From contig JAUGWO010000046.1 of NCBI GenBank assembly GCA_049724395.1, forward strand, positions 124,001-188,000: 64,000 nucleotides of DNA, read 5' to 3'. Shown here piece by piece: positions 25,560 through 38,970 of the stretch (its first letter is position 1; every line of letters starts with the position of its first letter). The position numbers were made by a program, and so were the translations under genes. This stretch comes from Spongospora subterranea f. sp. subterranea (Eukaryota). The notes under the pieces are model-generated. The model made no database searches, was not told where the DNA came from, and saw only the letters and a program-made list of their open reading frames with translations.

Positions 25560-26700
25560 CAACTCCGGTCTCCATAGCATGCCCTTCTTCACTCCTTCCA
25601 TCCGCTCCAAACCCCGAGTCTCTGTTTGGCAACATCTACCGAATCCGATATTCAGTTAACAGCCATAAAAAATCGTCTGATGCTGTCGAAAATTTTGCTC
25701 GATATTTCGGGTTCACATCTGGGTTTTCTGTGGCTTATAATTCGCATCCCTTCTCCATGCTTAACTGCGCGTCCTGCATGGCGCGGGGTCCAACATTTGG
25801 CAGCGGGCCAGGTTGCAATGCAAAACATGAATCACTCACGAAGGAGGAAAAAACTCAGTTTCCGTACACGTAATACGTGAATTTCACCGTTGATCTAAAG
25901 TTTGGGGATTACGTAATTAATCACCAATGCATGAATCACAACCATGTCATCAATACTGCACTGATCACTTCCGTTGGTGGCTCATTGATCATTAACCACT
26001 GTTATTTCGACATGGTCTTAGCGGTAAGGAGCTGCACTTCGGCTTCGATCCGCACTGCAGAGTCTCATCGAGGCCAGATATGCTGTCCGAAATCGAACCA
26101 AAATCGACAGCAGGTCAATTGTCGATACGCCACCAAAGAATTATCATTCGTAGGTTGTTTAACAGCCCATCGTGTTAGTTTATTGCTTCCATGGAACAAG
26201 AAGATACGGTAGAACTATTGTTAACGAGATATTAAAAAGGTTGACCAAACCTATGTTGCTGCTATTTTATTGAGCTACAAACCACAACTATGCGCTCATA
26301 GATTTCATTCGTTCGACATCAGAACCGACAATGAAAGTCGACAATGAAAGTCGCTATCGCAATCACGATTGCCGACTTCCCTGTAATGGGTTTGATCACC
26401 CGTATGATCGTCTGATTATAAAATTCCGTTGCATTAAGGAGCTTTGTGTTTACAGCGATTACCTTTCGTGCATCCTAGCGTCCTCCTCCTGTTTTCTAAG
26501 GAATCAAGAGGTGGTGAACTTTATTTTCAACGACATTGACAGGGGAATGTTACCAATCCGAAACGGCAAAATATATTGTGATTTCTGGCAGTATGCTTGC
26601 TCAGGAATGCTAACTACGTACAGTTATAAACAAAAAACTACAATGCTTGGGATGTTTCCTGTCACTGTTATCTGCCTTGAAGAAGCAATCCATACCGCGA
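25560..26700 (+). mobile_element. Degenerate MULE-like element (FAR1/WRKY-type DNA-binding domain remnant)
   Basis: FARYFGFTSGFSV..C..C..VINHQCMNHNH pattern resembles FAR1 zinc domains; downstream sequence fragmented. Confidence 0.4.
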
Positions 26701-27047
26701 AAAACAAAAGTTATTCGTATTATTATTTGATAGTCTCAGCTCAATGAGTACAATCTGAAGTGAATCGTTCGAACCCGAGAAGGAATGTTGAAGTAACGAA
26801 GAGAGCACAGGCATGTAACGGTACATGTGTTTTACTGCACAGACGTGAGTTGTTGACTGTCACCACACCAGTGCTGAAATGTACAGTGTATCGCTACCCA
26901 GTGTTGATTACTCAGAGATCATAGACTCATCAGAAGTCCATTACCTGTCAAATCAACCTCAGGTCGTCATCAGCGAAATACTCAAGGCAGGAAAAATCGT
27001 TTGAAAGCGACGTTTTTTGCAGTGAATGCGCGCGGTCGATACGTAGA

Positions 27048-29203
27048 ATGCCGGATGAGGCGTTGGGAGCGAGGCGGTTAGCCGTCCCGATGCCATCCAG
27101 CCCAGCTAGCGGAGAAATGGACGAACTTCTTCGATGCTTTATATGTTTTGATCGTGTCCAAGATGCGCATTTGTAATTTATATTTGGTTTTCAATGTGGT
27201 TGATAACCAAGTCTTTTTTTTATTTTAATATAGGTGTCCGTCATGCAGTAGCATGTGTTGCAGGGAGTGCATTATTAGATGGCTAACTGAACGCAAACCT
27301 TTATGCCCACATTGCCAGACTGAATTACGAGTTGAACATTTAGTAAATTGCCGCTTTGTCCAAGATTTAACAAAAGCTGTAGACAGGCTTCAATCTTCTT
27401 TGGGAGGATCTCGAGAGATTTGCACTGTATGGGCGTTTCAAGAGTGTTTGGATTATTCAATTTATATGCTGCATTAGACGCATCGGATCGAATTGCTCTA
27501 TTTTTGTGTGGATTGCTCAGAGAGCATTTGTGCAGACTGCGCTATGTTTAGCTCCGCCCATTCTGGTCACGAATTTGAAAAGCTAGCCGATGTTCATGAA
27601 AGACATGCACAATTAGTTCAAAACGGCATTGCAAAGAGACTATCGAATCAAGGCTTGCGGTTTTGAAACAGCTGAAAGGGTCAATCGACGCAAACATATC
27701 TGCCGTCAATGCTGCCAAAGACGATGCATGCTACACTCTGCAGAACATCTGCCAATTAATGGAGAAAAGTATCATGCAACAACTTAAGGATAAACTGCTC
27801 ATTTTGGATTCTCAAAAAAACGATGCCATAAAAGAGGTTGGTTTAATCTCTCAAACGTCGTATATCAATGTTGACCAATCAATTTTTTAGATAAGTATGC
27901 TGGAGTCAATTGTTCATGAACTTGGCTGTCATCTGGACCTCAGTATCTGCACAAAGAGCGAGCTTATACGCAAAACTCCTCAACTCACTGCAATGACAAA
28001 AAGCATTCAAGATGACCCTATATCAAAACGATTTTGCCTGGAACATGTTTCCGAATGCTTTCAGTCAGAGGTACTGTTTGCAGGTTTGTTTCTATTTTTA
28101 TTAATTTTGTTGCAGTTGATTCCAGCCTTCAGTGAGTCGACTTTCGTGATTCCCAACTTCGTTGAAGCGTTGTCGCGCGAAGAGGTGGTGTACAGTGAAC
28201 CGTTGTTCCGTAATTGCTTAACGTGGCGATTAAAAGTTTATCCTAACGGAAATGGAACTGCGCGCGACGTGTTCATCAGCGTATTCCTTGAACTTTGCAC
28301 TGGGCTGAATGGGCCAGAACAGATTGAATATGCAGTGCAGATGGTCTGTTTGGCAGCTGATTAATAATATAGTTTAATATTGTATTTAGGTTAATCACAA
28401 AGATTCAGGCAAAGCCATTCTGAGAAGGTTTTGTTCTAAATTCGAAGTAGGCGAAAGCTGGGGCTACAATAGGTGAAAAAAGTTGTAGTTGTGAATGCAT
28501 TTTTAACTTTGAAATGGTGCAGATTTTTTCGCATCGATGTACTGATTCGGGACGGCTATCTTTCAGTCGATGGCTCTCTCGTCCTAAAGTTCTTTGTCAG
28601 ACCTCCATCAATGTTTCTGGCGAATCAAGAGCAACAAAGGTGCATCCACATTACTGTGGATCCAGTCCGCCGTGTTGATTCACCTTACCAAGGTACATTG
28701 ATCGACTAGAGCATATTCAATCTTGCCAGCGACGGGCAATCCGCAGTTTGAGAAAACGTCTCTATCTGATGGCGCTCCCATTTGCAAACCAATCGATTTC
28801 AAAAGAATTAACTGAAGACGAGTGCGCAGAGCAGGCCCCAGATGTAGAAACAGGGAACAAAGATGACCTCAGTGTTTACGCGGAAGAGGGGTTTCATGAA
28901 TCCAGCATTGAACGATATTCAGAGTCTGGTAGGGCTGACAATAGTTTGAGGTTCTGGTAATCACAAGTTTTAGAATATTCGGAAGACGAAGATGATAGCG
29001 ATGAGGAACCAGCTGAAGGACCCGAATCTCCTGGAGCAGGTGAATGTTCGACACTTTTCGCTCAAGCAGAGGACGATCTTGAACCTGAACCAGAATACCC
29101 ATGTCACTCACATAGTGAGCCTTCAACGGTCTCAAATTGCCAGGAGTCGCCTAAAATTGATAAGACTTCCACCCAGACGATAATTAATGAACAGCCCACT
29201 TGA
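27048..29203 (+). CDS. TRIM37: TRIM37-like E3 ligase (RING, B-box, coiled coil, MATH, acidic tail), multi-exon
   Basis: RCFICFDRVQDAHLCPSCSSMCCRECIIRWLTE..CPHC RING; CADCAMF..HSGHEF B-box; VYSEPL..LTWRLKVYPNGNG..ISVFLEL and FEVGESWGYNRFF MATH. Apparent frameshift near 27630. Confidence 0.9.
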
Positions 29204-29280
29204 ATGAGAAACTGCCCGGTCAAAAATAACGTTGGCAAATCGTTGGTTATACTGTATTACATAAGACAAAACAGTTATTT

Positions 29281-30904
29281 TTAACGCCAAAGGGGAAAAA
29301 CTTGCGTAACTGATTCGCGACTGTCACCCACAGAAAATTTTAGCTCGACTTCGAAATGCCGACGCCAGAAACTTTGTCTCCGAATGTCCATTGTCCCATT
29401 AACCATGTCACCTTCTTCGACTCTAACAGGAGTAGTCAAAATGAAAGTTACCTGCGGCGACAATTAACAGCGATAATTCAAAGTGATTACACAAATTACT
29501 TGACGCCAATGAGTGGACTTATGCATTGGGGATGTGGAAAGAACAAGCGTTTTGGCACCTTCATCAGGACTACCTCGAAATTCGCAATCGAACCATCCAC
29601 CAAAACCGTGCATTGTTCCCGATTTTACAATTTTGAAATGGAAAGAACCCCTGCAGCGGGATCAGTTGGGTTCAAAGAAACACACAGTATACATCTAACT
29701 TCATAGATTCTAAAGACTCAACACTCGCCGTGGCCATGTCAATAGAAGTGACAAGGACATTGGAAGCGAGGCATTCTGATTCTTCAATGATTCGGTCAAA
29801 TATAGGTTTTGAAAAGAAATCCGTGATTGCATGCTCCTTCAGCCCTGACATCTGAACCAATATTAATGAAAACATGAAACAAAAAGTAGATATTGCCAAC
29901 CTTGAGCCCATAGACATCGTCCCAAAAAGCAATTTTGTTATCATAAAATTCTTTGACGTCAATTGGAGCGAAATAAATATTTCCAAGCGACGGCATCATC
30001 AGACCACCAGGAGCTAGATACTTTTCCCTTGCAGAAAGGACCGAAGCAATCATGGATTCGCAAATTAAAAGCGTTCCCATCCATTCGGAAATAATAACGT
30101 CGACCTTTTCAACAGGCAAAACGATCTCTTCAATTTTGCCTAATGATTCATTAAGAAACAGATCAAAGGTATAAGAGGGTTTCGCACCTTTGATTAGGGT
30201 GATTTTATCACTGAGATTGTTTTCATTGACCACTACTCGAGCGTGTTCAATTACACTGGATGCATCAATCGCATAGACATGCTTGGCGCCAGAGTTGGCG
30301 CAAAACAAGGACAGAACTCCAGAGCCGCAGCCAATGTCAAGGACAATTTTATCTTTCATGAAGTCAGAAGCAATATTAACCGCCTCCTTATAACCCAAAG
30401 TACGAGAGGTATCCTGATGCCGGCATTCGAGTGTCAGCAGATCTGACAGAGTAATAATCGTTGCGAAAAATACCTGAAGCATTTCCAAATGAATGCTCAA
30501 ATTGCTATAGCCCTCAAAATACTCGTCGTCTTGATAATTGCAATTTAAAGTAGTGTCGGAAGCCGTAGGGACAAATGGAGGAATGTTCGATACATAATTG
30601 GAGGGGAAAAATCCAGAAGTAGATTCAACTTTGCCAGTCTTGGAAACAATCTTGCCTTTGCACCATTCCTGTTATAATAGATAAGAAATCCTCGATGGCA
30701 ACATTATCGCATCAATTACGGCTGAGTATTGATATTCGACCAAAATATTATCTCCGGCGCGGAATGAAAGCTCTGAGTCATTTTTGCCTTTGAAATCGTA
30801 TTGCGCTATTGTTACGATCGCATTCCGCGACGAAGGAACCTGACCCCATTTTATCAGCTATACTTGAAGGATTCCAACGATTGAGGGCTCACAGAGCATT
30901 CCAT
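29281..30904 (-). CDS. PRMT2: Protein arginine methyltransferase with N-terminal SH3 domain (PRMT2-like)
   Basis: SH3: AQYDFKGKNDSELSFRAGD..EWCKG..GFFPSNYV. PRMT core: YFEGY..HLEMLQD, VLDIGCGSG, IISEWMG..ESM, THW. C-terminus FWRRHF..VFPLWR. Confidence 0.85.
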
Positions 30905-31199
30905 AGGAGTAGAATCTGATGATGCAGATGAATAAACGCGTAAGCAAAATGTATACTGGTCAGCAAGACTTTTTAAGAGCTCAATATCGAAGGGGACAAC
31001 AACTCCTTCATTTGCCACTGATGTTGTGCTCTCGGGCTATACATGGAATTATTGAAAACACAATTACAAAATAAGAGAAGCAACGAGTCCTAACATCTCT
31101 TCCTTCAGTAATTTCAAGTTTGTTTTGAGGTTCAGGGTATATGACCAACCCTAACTGCACATAGCTTTCCAACATAAACTCCCTGTGGATGAGCTGCAT

Positions 31200-31650
31200 T
31201 GAAGTCAAACATTGCAACAAAAATGGGAGCAGGCCGAGAGTTGAAAAACCTGTTCTAAGGTATCGGCAGAGGATGGAATCATGAATTTACTGATCATCAC
31301 GCCATATTGGATATTGATACATGGAGGAAGCATGGTCGTGATTCACCAACGAACGAAACGGTTAGAAAATGCACCAATTGGTCTATCCTATTTGTTGAGC
31401 ACGTATATTTGCAGATGGCAATGTCTGTAAATGTCGATGACCTCAGACGATGACCGAATTACTCAAGAAATGATTTCCCACTGAATGATATGTGTGTATA
31501 AGTCACGGCTCATTCCTCAATATTACCACTGCGCATATATACACTTCTCCAACGAAACTGCGCCTGCGCATCAGATGGGTACAGTAGCTTGTGTATATTA
31601 CTGCGCATCTGCCGATGTGTACATATCTCTCGACTTCGTACCAGTCACCT
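31200..31650 (+). mobile_element. Degenerate Ty1/Copia reverse transcriptase remnant
   Basis: KWEQAES, PIGLSYL, YKSRLI..ETAP and HQMGTVA..DVYI resemble Copia RT motifs W..AM..E, YKARLVA..ETFAP and HQMDV. Confidence 0.45.
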
Positions 31651-32179
31651 ACAGATTGTCGTATTGGTAGTTCGAGACCATACAGGACAAACAACCAGGA
31701 TTATCCCTCTTGGACTCTTGAACAATACAACTGTTGATGTTATTGATGAATTTTCTGCCTCGTTACACCTATGAACGATTTCCCAGGGACTGATCTTGCC
31801 CACTGTACGGTGGTTTAAGTTCCTGCCACGCGTGGCAAACTCCCGTGACTTCTGAACTCATTGGACGACCAAAGTGGCGTGGTTTTCGGGCCACAATTCA
31901 AGGTTCAGGTTGTGGCCCGGCCTGTTACCCGATAAGATGAAAAAGATGTCAAATTGTAAATGAGAGCGACGCCGCCACTAACTCCATCCGTTCTCAATCA
32001 ATTAGCCGTTTAATCTTTATTTGGGTGTGATCCCCGTATTATGCTGTGTTTTGGCAATAATGGCCAAAATGACATACCTGATGCATTTCGTAGTGAATCA
32101 TCGCCGTTGTCAACTCCAGCCCCGAGTTCGTCATTATCACCACCATCGTTGAATGCCAGCCCAGCTCCTACCGCAATCC

Positions 32180-33620
32180 CGACTACGACGGTGAACATCG
32201 CGATCTGTGTTTCCAGCTGGAATTTGAAGGCGGTGGAGAACTTCACCTTGTGGATATTCAGGTGTGGACTCACTTATGATGGTTGTCAACGGGAAAGCAG
32301 CACGAAAGTATTCAGGAGATCTGGGAGATATCATGTTAGTCCAGCCCGACGGTGGGTTCCACTTTATCTTGACGCTGCCTTTTTCGGCTGTTGAGAGCCA
32401 TGTACTGTGATTACACACCTTTATGGAGTTAACGCTTTCTCCTCTTTGTGACGCCACGTGTTTACAGGCGACCTCCAATCTCCCAACATTTCACAGGCCA
32501 TCCGTCTTCTCAACATCTTTTGTGCACGAGTTCTTCACAGCATTCCATGATCGGCTTGTTGCTCACGGGTATCCGCGTCACCGGTTCACCCTGGCGCTGA
32601 TAGCGTTCTCATCAAGCCGATCCTGGAATGCTGTGAGGAACTCGCGCATGGAAGATGTTGAGAAGCCTGTGAAATGTTGGGAGATTGGAGGTCACCTGTA
32701 AACACGTGGCGTCACAAGAGGAGAAAGCGTAAACTCCACAATTACAGAAAAGGAGAAACGAAGAAGGCTTTAAGTTGCTACAATTGTGGGCGCACCTCAA
32801 CAATCAGTTCAATCGATCGGAGACACCTTCTTTGGAAACACTGTGTACGCTTATACCGAAAATGGAGCGACTACGTGACGCGATCTGGCAGGAACAGTAC
32901 CGTCGCGCTTCTGATCTTCCTCACGCGGAAGAGGTCAACGATCAAGAAATCGATTGGCACATTCGACGGCCGATTCTATCACTTCCCGACGATCGTTTGG
33001 GGCAAATTCCTACATGCAGCTGTGCTGATTTCACCTCCAGCCTAATACCATGCGCAGACATCTGTGCTGTATTTTTGAATCTCTTTGCAGTAGATAACCT
33101 GCATCAACGCTGGAAAATTGATAGCCACCAGGTTCACAGCAAAGCTTGATTGAAGCTGAATATTACGGCAGCTGCTCGTGACGACAATGGTCGTCCTCAG
33201 ACGATTCCAAATCCTGCACAATTTTGCTTGGACATGGCGGTATATCAAAGCATTGTATACCCAGCCAATGCAGATGTTCAATACACCAAAATTAACAATC
33301 TTTGGAAGACGGTCTAACCACATGCCATCAAAAATGAGCACACGTACAAGCTATTGACAATGAATCTCATTTCATTTCGAAATAGCCTACATGGAGATGG
33401 GAGTCCGGCCTTTATAGAAAATGATAACATTCAAACCGAGCCTCTCAATGTTCCTGTACTGCCACCCAGGAAAAGAGGCAGAGGTGCAGACGATGTAAAT
33501 AGGTATTGAACTGTTAACAAGCTAAGTTGTCCTTCTTTTAAACAATTGACTTTGAATAGATCAGCGTTGACTCGGCGCAAGGGTAAATGCTCAGCTGTAT
33601 CAAGGCTGGTGCAAGTCCAA
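32180..33620 (+). mobile_element. MULE-like transposase remnant with SWIM zinc finger
   Basis: TCSCADFTSSLIPCADICAV..HQRW (SWIM finger) followed by a PPRKRGRG basic motif; fragmented. Confidence 0.6.
32424..32738. repeat. Inverted repeat (fold-back): arms 32424-32558 and 32613-32738, 54-nt spacer
   Basis: tggagttaacgctttctcctc...gatcggcttg versus caagccgatc...gagaaagcgtaaactcca; reverse-complement match with mismatches and one short indel. Confidence 0.93.
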
Positions 33621-34082
33621 TCAACAATCATCGTGCTGGAAGCTCCAGATGCCCTTTTAATGCCCCAACATGACCAAATTCAAAGAATACATACATTGAT
33701 GCAGTAAAAACCGTTTATGCAATATAGTAAGAATATAGGAGTAATATTCACGCACTGCTCTGGTGCCTTCGAGCGAGAATACAATGCTCAGCATAAGATA
33801 TTTAAGAAACGAACCACAGTGACAAACTACAAATTGATTCTGAGCCGCATCAAATAAGAATGTCCTTTCCTCGGTTTTTTACTTTCTGTTCAGTTTACCA
33901 AGACGCTCGTACACACACTATTTTCCGTGGCCAGATCCTAATCTTGCCCCGCGCGGCAAGAACAGTGACACAGTGGAACAATGTACATCCAGTGGACGCG
34001 GTCATGGATTCTATATATAGCTCGTACAGTGCCAAATCAGATGTTGTAGAAAGATGACGGTGATGGTGGCTGCGCTATTATA

Positions 34083-37000
34083 ATGTGTTCCAGACACCTG
34101 TCAGAGTTGAATTTATTGGCCATGGAATCGATTCAGGAATCGAACGAGTCTCCAGGAATGCCATCCGATTTTGTTGGTCCCGTCAACAGGGTCGTTAACT
34201 TATCAACTGATTCATGTGGTGTTCAGGCGATCCGCGATAATCGCCATTCCGTCTCTCCTCTGCGCACCGTGACGGTGTCATTTCCGGAATCTGGGAACGA
34301 ATCAGATAAATCAGTGACTGGCGCTGGCGACAGTCGACACCGTCAAAGCTGCTTATCTTACCACGATTTACGTAAAGCAACGTTCGAACGCGAATCCCGG
34401 AAGAAGCCTGCTGTACTGGCAGCCTTATATTCCTATGACTTTGAACTGATATCGTTTTGCTTTAGGAACTGGATCGAACAGAGTTTCTCCCTGCTGGATA
34501 TCAGAGGGTTAAAATTGAAGGTCTGTCTTATTTGAGATGCTTTATTCTTCTCTGTAGCCTGTCGTACAGATGATGGTAATGTGGCGGCGCCCGAGTTGAC
34601 ATCATTGCTTAGAATGGCGATCGATATTCGTCATCGCTATTACAATTATTCACTGAAGAGCGACTATGTTGCCAGCAATGGTACGGCAGTTATTCCGTTT
34701 TAATTCTGCAGCCATTCCAGTGAATGCTCTGCCGTAGACGACGATCCGTTCACTGATGAGGTTCCTCCTCCATCAACACACATCTTTGAGATGGTCGATG
34801 GCGTTTGCAATGCTTGGCAAACACCCGATAAATCGGGTCGTCCGTTTTTTGTTCGAAGCGTCAAGGAATTCTACGAAGATCTCGATGTATGTGCTCTACC
34901 GATATGTCAAATTCGCTTTCTTCTCATCAATGTTTCAGGTGATTTGTGATATTGTGGCCGATGGACCAACCAAAACATTCTGTTATAAAAGATTGCAAAT
35001 TCTGGATTCCAGATTCCTTTTGCATTCGACTCTAAATCAGAGGTTAGAATCTGAGGCGCAAAAGGTTTGAATATTGTAAAGACATCTCGATGTCTGTTGA
35101 CTTTGGCCAGATGGTGCCACATCGCGATTTTTATAATGTTCGAAAGATCGACAATCACGTCCACCATTCGGCATGTATGAACCAGAAGCATCTGCTGCGC
35201 TTCATCAAGAAGAAGTTGCGCGAGGAGGGCAGCACCATTTGCACGGAAAGGTAGTTAAGTCGATTCTCCAAATGACGCAAATTTTTCAACACTTGCGATT
35301 CTTTTTAGGGATGGTCTATCGCTAACGTTGAGAGAGGTAACTCAAGTTACGTTGTCCCAAGCTTTGGTTTCCGGTAATTGTGCCATTTTAAAAGGTGTTT
35401 AATACCCTCAACTTGACCGAGTACGATCTCAATATTGATGCGCTGGATATGCACGCCCACCAGGATTCGTTTCATCGATTCGATAAATTCAACCTGAAGT
35501 TGGTGCTTGCTGGTTCCTTTTTTGATTCGATGGGTGTTTTATTCTGGGACAGGTATAATCCTATAGGAGAAGCCCGACTCAGGGAAATCTTCATGAAAAC
35601 TGATAATCACATCAAGGGAAGGTTTTTGGCCGATATAACTAAAGAGGTGTTTACTGATTTAGAGTCGAACAAGTATCAATTCGCAGGTGTTTTTTCAAAG
35701 GATGTTTTGGTTTTGGCTGCTGTTTTGATCCTATCTTGTTAGAATATCGTTTATCTATTTATGGACGATCGATGTCGGAGTGGCCTAAGTTGGCTTCATG
35801 GGTTTGCGCTAACAGATTGTCTTCGCCAAATGTTCGATGGATGATTCAAATTCCTCGACTATTTGCTGTATATAAAGGGGCAGGAATACTGTCCAGCTTT
35901 CAGGAGGTCATCAATAACATTTTCCTTCCTTTATTCCACGTCACAATTGACCCCAGCTATGATATCAATTTACACAATTTCCTCAAGATGGTTGTAGCTT
36001 TCGATACCGTCGACGATGAAAGGTGAGCATCGAAATGGTGCAATGTCCTATTTCTAATTCATTTTAGTGCTCGGGAGCCAGTCCTGTTCTCCAGACTCCC
36101 TCTGCCTCAAGATTGGGATCTTCCCATTAATCCGCCTTACTCCATGTGGTCTTATTACATATACGCCAATCTTCAAGTCCTCAACCAGATTCGAAAGTCT
36201 CGCGGGTTCAACACCTTTGCATATCGCCCTCATGCGGTACAAGCTAGTTTACTTAAAACCAATTTATAGCCAACAGTTGAGCTGTAGGGCGAAGCCGGCG
36301 ATATCGACCATCTCGCTGTTGCATTTCTCACCTCCGAATCGGTATGAAGTTCCCATCATCGTCACTTGGCTTTGTGTTTTAATTTGAGATCAGATTGCAC
36401 ATGGAGTTATGCTTCGCAAGAGCCCTGTATTGCAGTATCTGTTTTATTTGACTCAGATCGGTATTTCTATGTCCCCGCTCAGCAACAACATGTTGTTTGT
36501 GCCTTATGATAAGAATCCGGTTGGTCCGCATGGATTGCTGCCCTTTCCGGTTTGATTATTGTGATCAGTTCCCTCGATTTTTCTCTCGAGGCCTAAAAGT
36601 GACAATCTCAACTGATGATCCCTTGTTGATTCATTTTACAAAGGTTGTCCCCCTTTCAACTTATATCATCACTACTCACTTATCAGATAGGAGCCTTTGT
36701 TAGAGGAGTATAGTGTCGCTACACAAGTCTGGAAGTTGAGCTCGGTTGATATGTGCGAAATCGCCTGTACCAGCGTTCGTATCAGCGGGTTTCAACACAG
36801 GTGCTTTGCAATTACCGAGATGTTATTGTTTTTGTTCAGGTTAGTTAGTTAATACTCGTATTTAGGTTCAAGAGTCATTGGCTTGGGCAGAATTATCGAC
36901 TGGTTGGCGCCGCCGGGAATGATATCACTTCGACAAACGTGCCTGATATCCGCATTGGATTCAGGAGGGAAATGTTTGAATCAGAACTTTGCTCATTGTT

Positions 37001-37148
37001 TTCGGCCGCGAGTTCGTCAATCGGGGCGATAATAACGATCCACGAATCTGGAACCCAAACAATTGCGATTTCGGCAAAAAATAACAGGCTTTTTTGCGAT
37101 TACTCTCATCAAATGTCTTTATCCAAAACGCTATTTATTTCTGATTAA
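34083..37148 (+). CDS. AMPD: AMP deaminase, multi-exon
   Basis: [77 protein letters not shown]. Confidence 0.95.
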
Positions 37149-37208
37149 TGTGATTCCAATGTATCTCAAAACAAAGCCCCGTTATTATTGTGTTCGTCAG
37201 TCAGTTAT

Positions 37209-38697
37209 TTATTCAGTATCCAAAAGCAACTCTAATCCCGAAAGTTTCGACTTCCTTTCGGTTAGGTTCATTGCTAGGATTTGTCTTGTAGTGTCGCGGT
37301 ATCGCTGCTTTAGGGTAGCTGCGTCCTTTCGGAGGCCAGCCATTTCCAGTCCATGTCGTCTTTCCAGTGCCTTGAACTTTGCCAGGAGCTTAGCGTACTT
37401 TGAATGGAGTGCCTCAATTTTATCGTCGTAGAGCTGCTGCGTGACCGCGTATTGTTCGCGAACCATTGCCAACTCTTCTTCCCGATCCATGGTCTGTTTT
37501 CGGAATTCAGAAGTGATTTCCTCACATCGGGCTTCTTCCCTTGTTTTCGCTTCCTGTTCATCAAAGATTTTAACTCGTCGCTGATATTATAACACTTCTT
37601 TTACCTCGATGGTTTTCTCCATGATTAATGTTTTCTGGTTTAATTCGTTGGTTGCAGCTGCTGTGGATTCTCGACTCTCATTCAACTGCTCCATCAAATC
37701 TCGACGCTCCTTCTGAAATTCGTGCTTCAATACCAAATATTCTACGAGAATGTTTCATTTCAGAGTCATTATTAGTGGAAAATCAGTATACCTTTCAGAG
37801 ATTGTCTATTGGATTTGATTAAATCGTCGACCTGCTTTTCTAAACTGCTGATCACGGCCTTATCTTCTGCTTTCGCAGCTTTTGTCTCTTCTATTTGAAT
37901 TCTCCTGTCTTCTCGATGCGCTTTTTCGCGTTCTTCACTTAGTTTCTCCTGATCATACGTTCAACGGGCATGTCGATCTGAGATGGATTTTCTCACCGTC
38001 CCAATCAGCCGCGTTCTCAACGATTCCACTGTTGCTTGCAGCTGCTCCACCGTTTTGTTGTTGGGAAGATAGATGGTTCGAATCACGTTGGTTGATGTGT
38101 GCGAACTCGGATCCCCATTCTGAAGACATACGGTCCTGGGCTTAGCGCCTCGGAAATAGGTTACTTCTTGGGTCACAGGTCGCGTCAACGCTAACAAATC
38201 CTGAATACGCCTACGATTCTCTACATCACGATCTGCAAGAGATTTTCAAACCATACATCATATTTAAAACTGGGCGAATAGTAAAATCAGAATTTCAGAA
38301 AAATCCTTCGTGTTGTGGTCGTTGATGGTTAAACCTTTGTACCTCGAAGTTCTTGATTCTCGGAGGTAATTTTCAAAAGATGTTCTCGTTCGTCAAAGAG
38401 ATAAAAATGGGAATCGCTTAATGCTTTTTGCAGCTCTGAGACCTGCTCTGCCTTTTTCGCTGTTTCCAACCGAGATTTTTGCAATTCGACGTGATGTATG
38501 TCAACGTCGTCCAAGCGTCGTATCATATTTAGTCGTTCCTCGTCAAATGCATCTTTGAATCACAGACCCTTTAGGGTGAATTTGAATAGCACCCAATATA
38601 TATTTCCTAACCGGCTAATCTACTGTAGTAGGTAAGCAGGTGTTTGATTTTCAGCAAACGCATGTTCATGATGCAGCTCCTGACTCACTGGCGACAT
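37209..38697 (-). CDS. CCDC77: CCDC77-like centriolar coiled-coil protein, multi-exon
   Basis: ELQKALSDSHFYLFDEREHLLKITSENQEL, RRRIQDLLAL..EVTYF, LERRHGLEMAGLRKD. Confidence 0.8.
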
Positions 38698-38970
38698 TTG
38701 CTCAGTAAATGTTGACAAGCGATATGAATTGGAGCAAAACCAGCCGGGCTCTCTCTCTCTCTCTCGTCACAGGTCAACATCATTAAGATGACACTCACCC
38801 ATTCCTAACACCCAACTGGGGACCTATTTCAGTAATCAATCAAGCAACACTATGTCAAGGTTCAGTCAAATATTGTCAGAATCATTTTGGTTTGCCAAGA
38901 GTCGCCAAACTGGTATTCGCCCATTATAAGTTGCAATAAACTGTTTTTTTTTTACTATTATACTACGACG

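Noticed and set aside
38748..38765. (CT)n microsatellite upstream of CCDC77, and 12-13 bp tandem duplications at ~26328 and ~58698
   Set aside because: Ordinary slippage products with no further signal.
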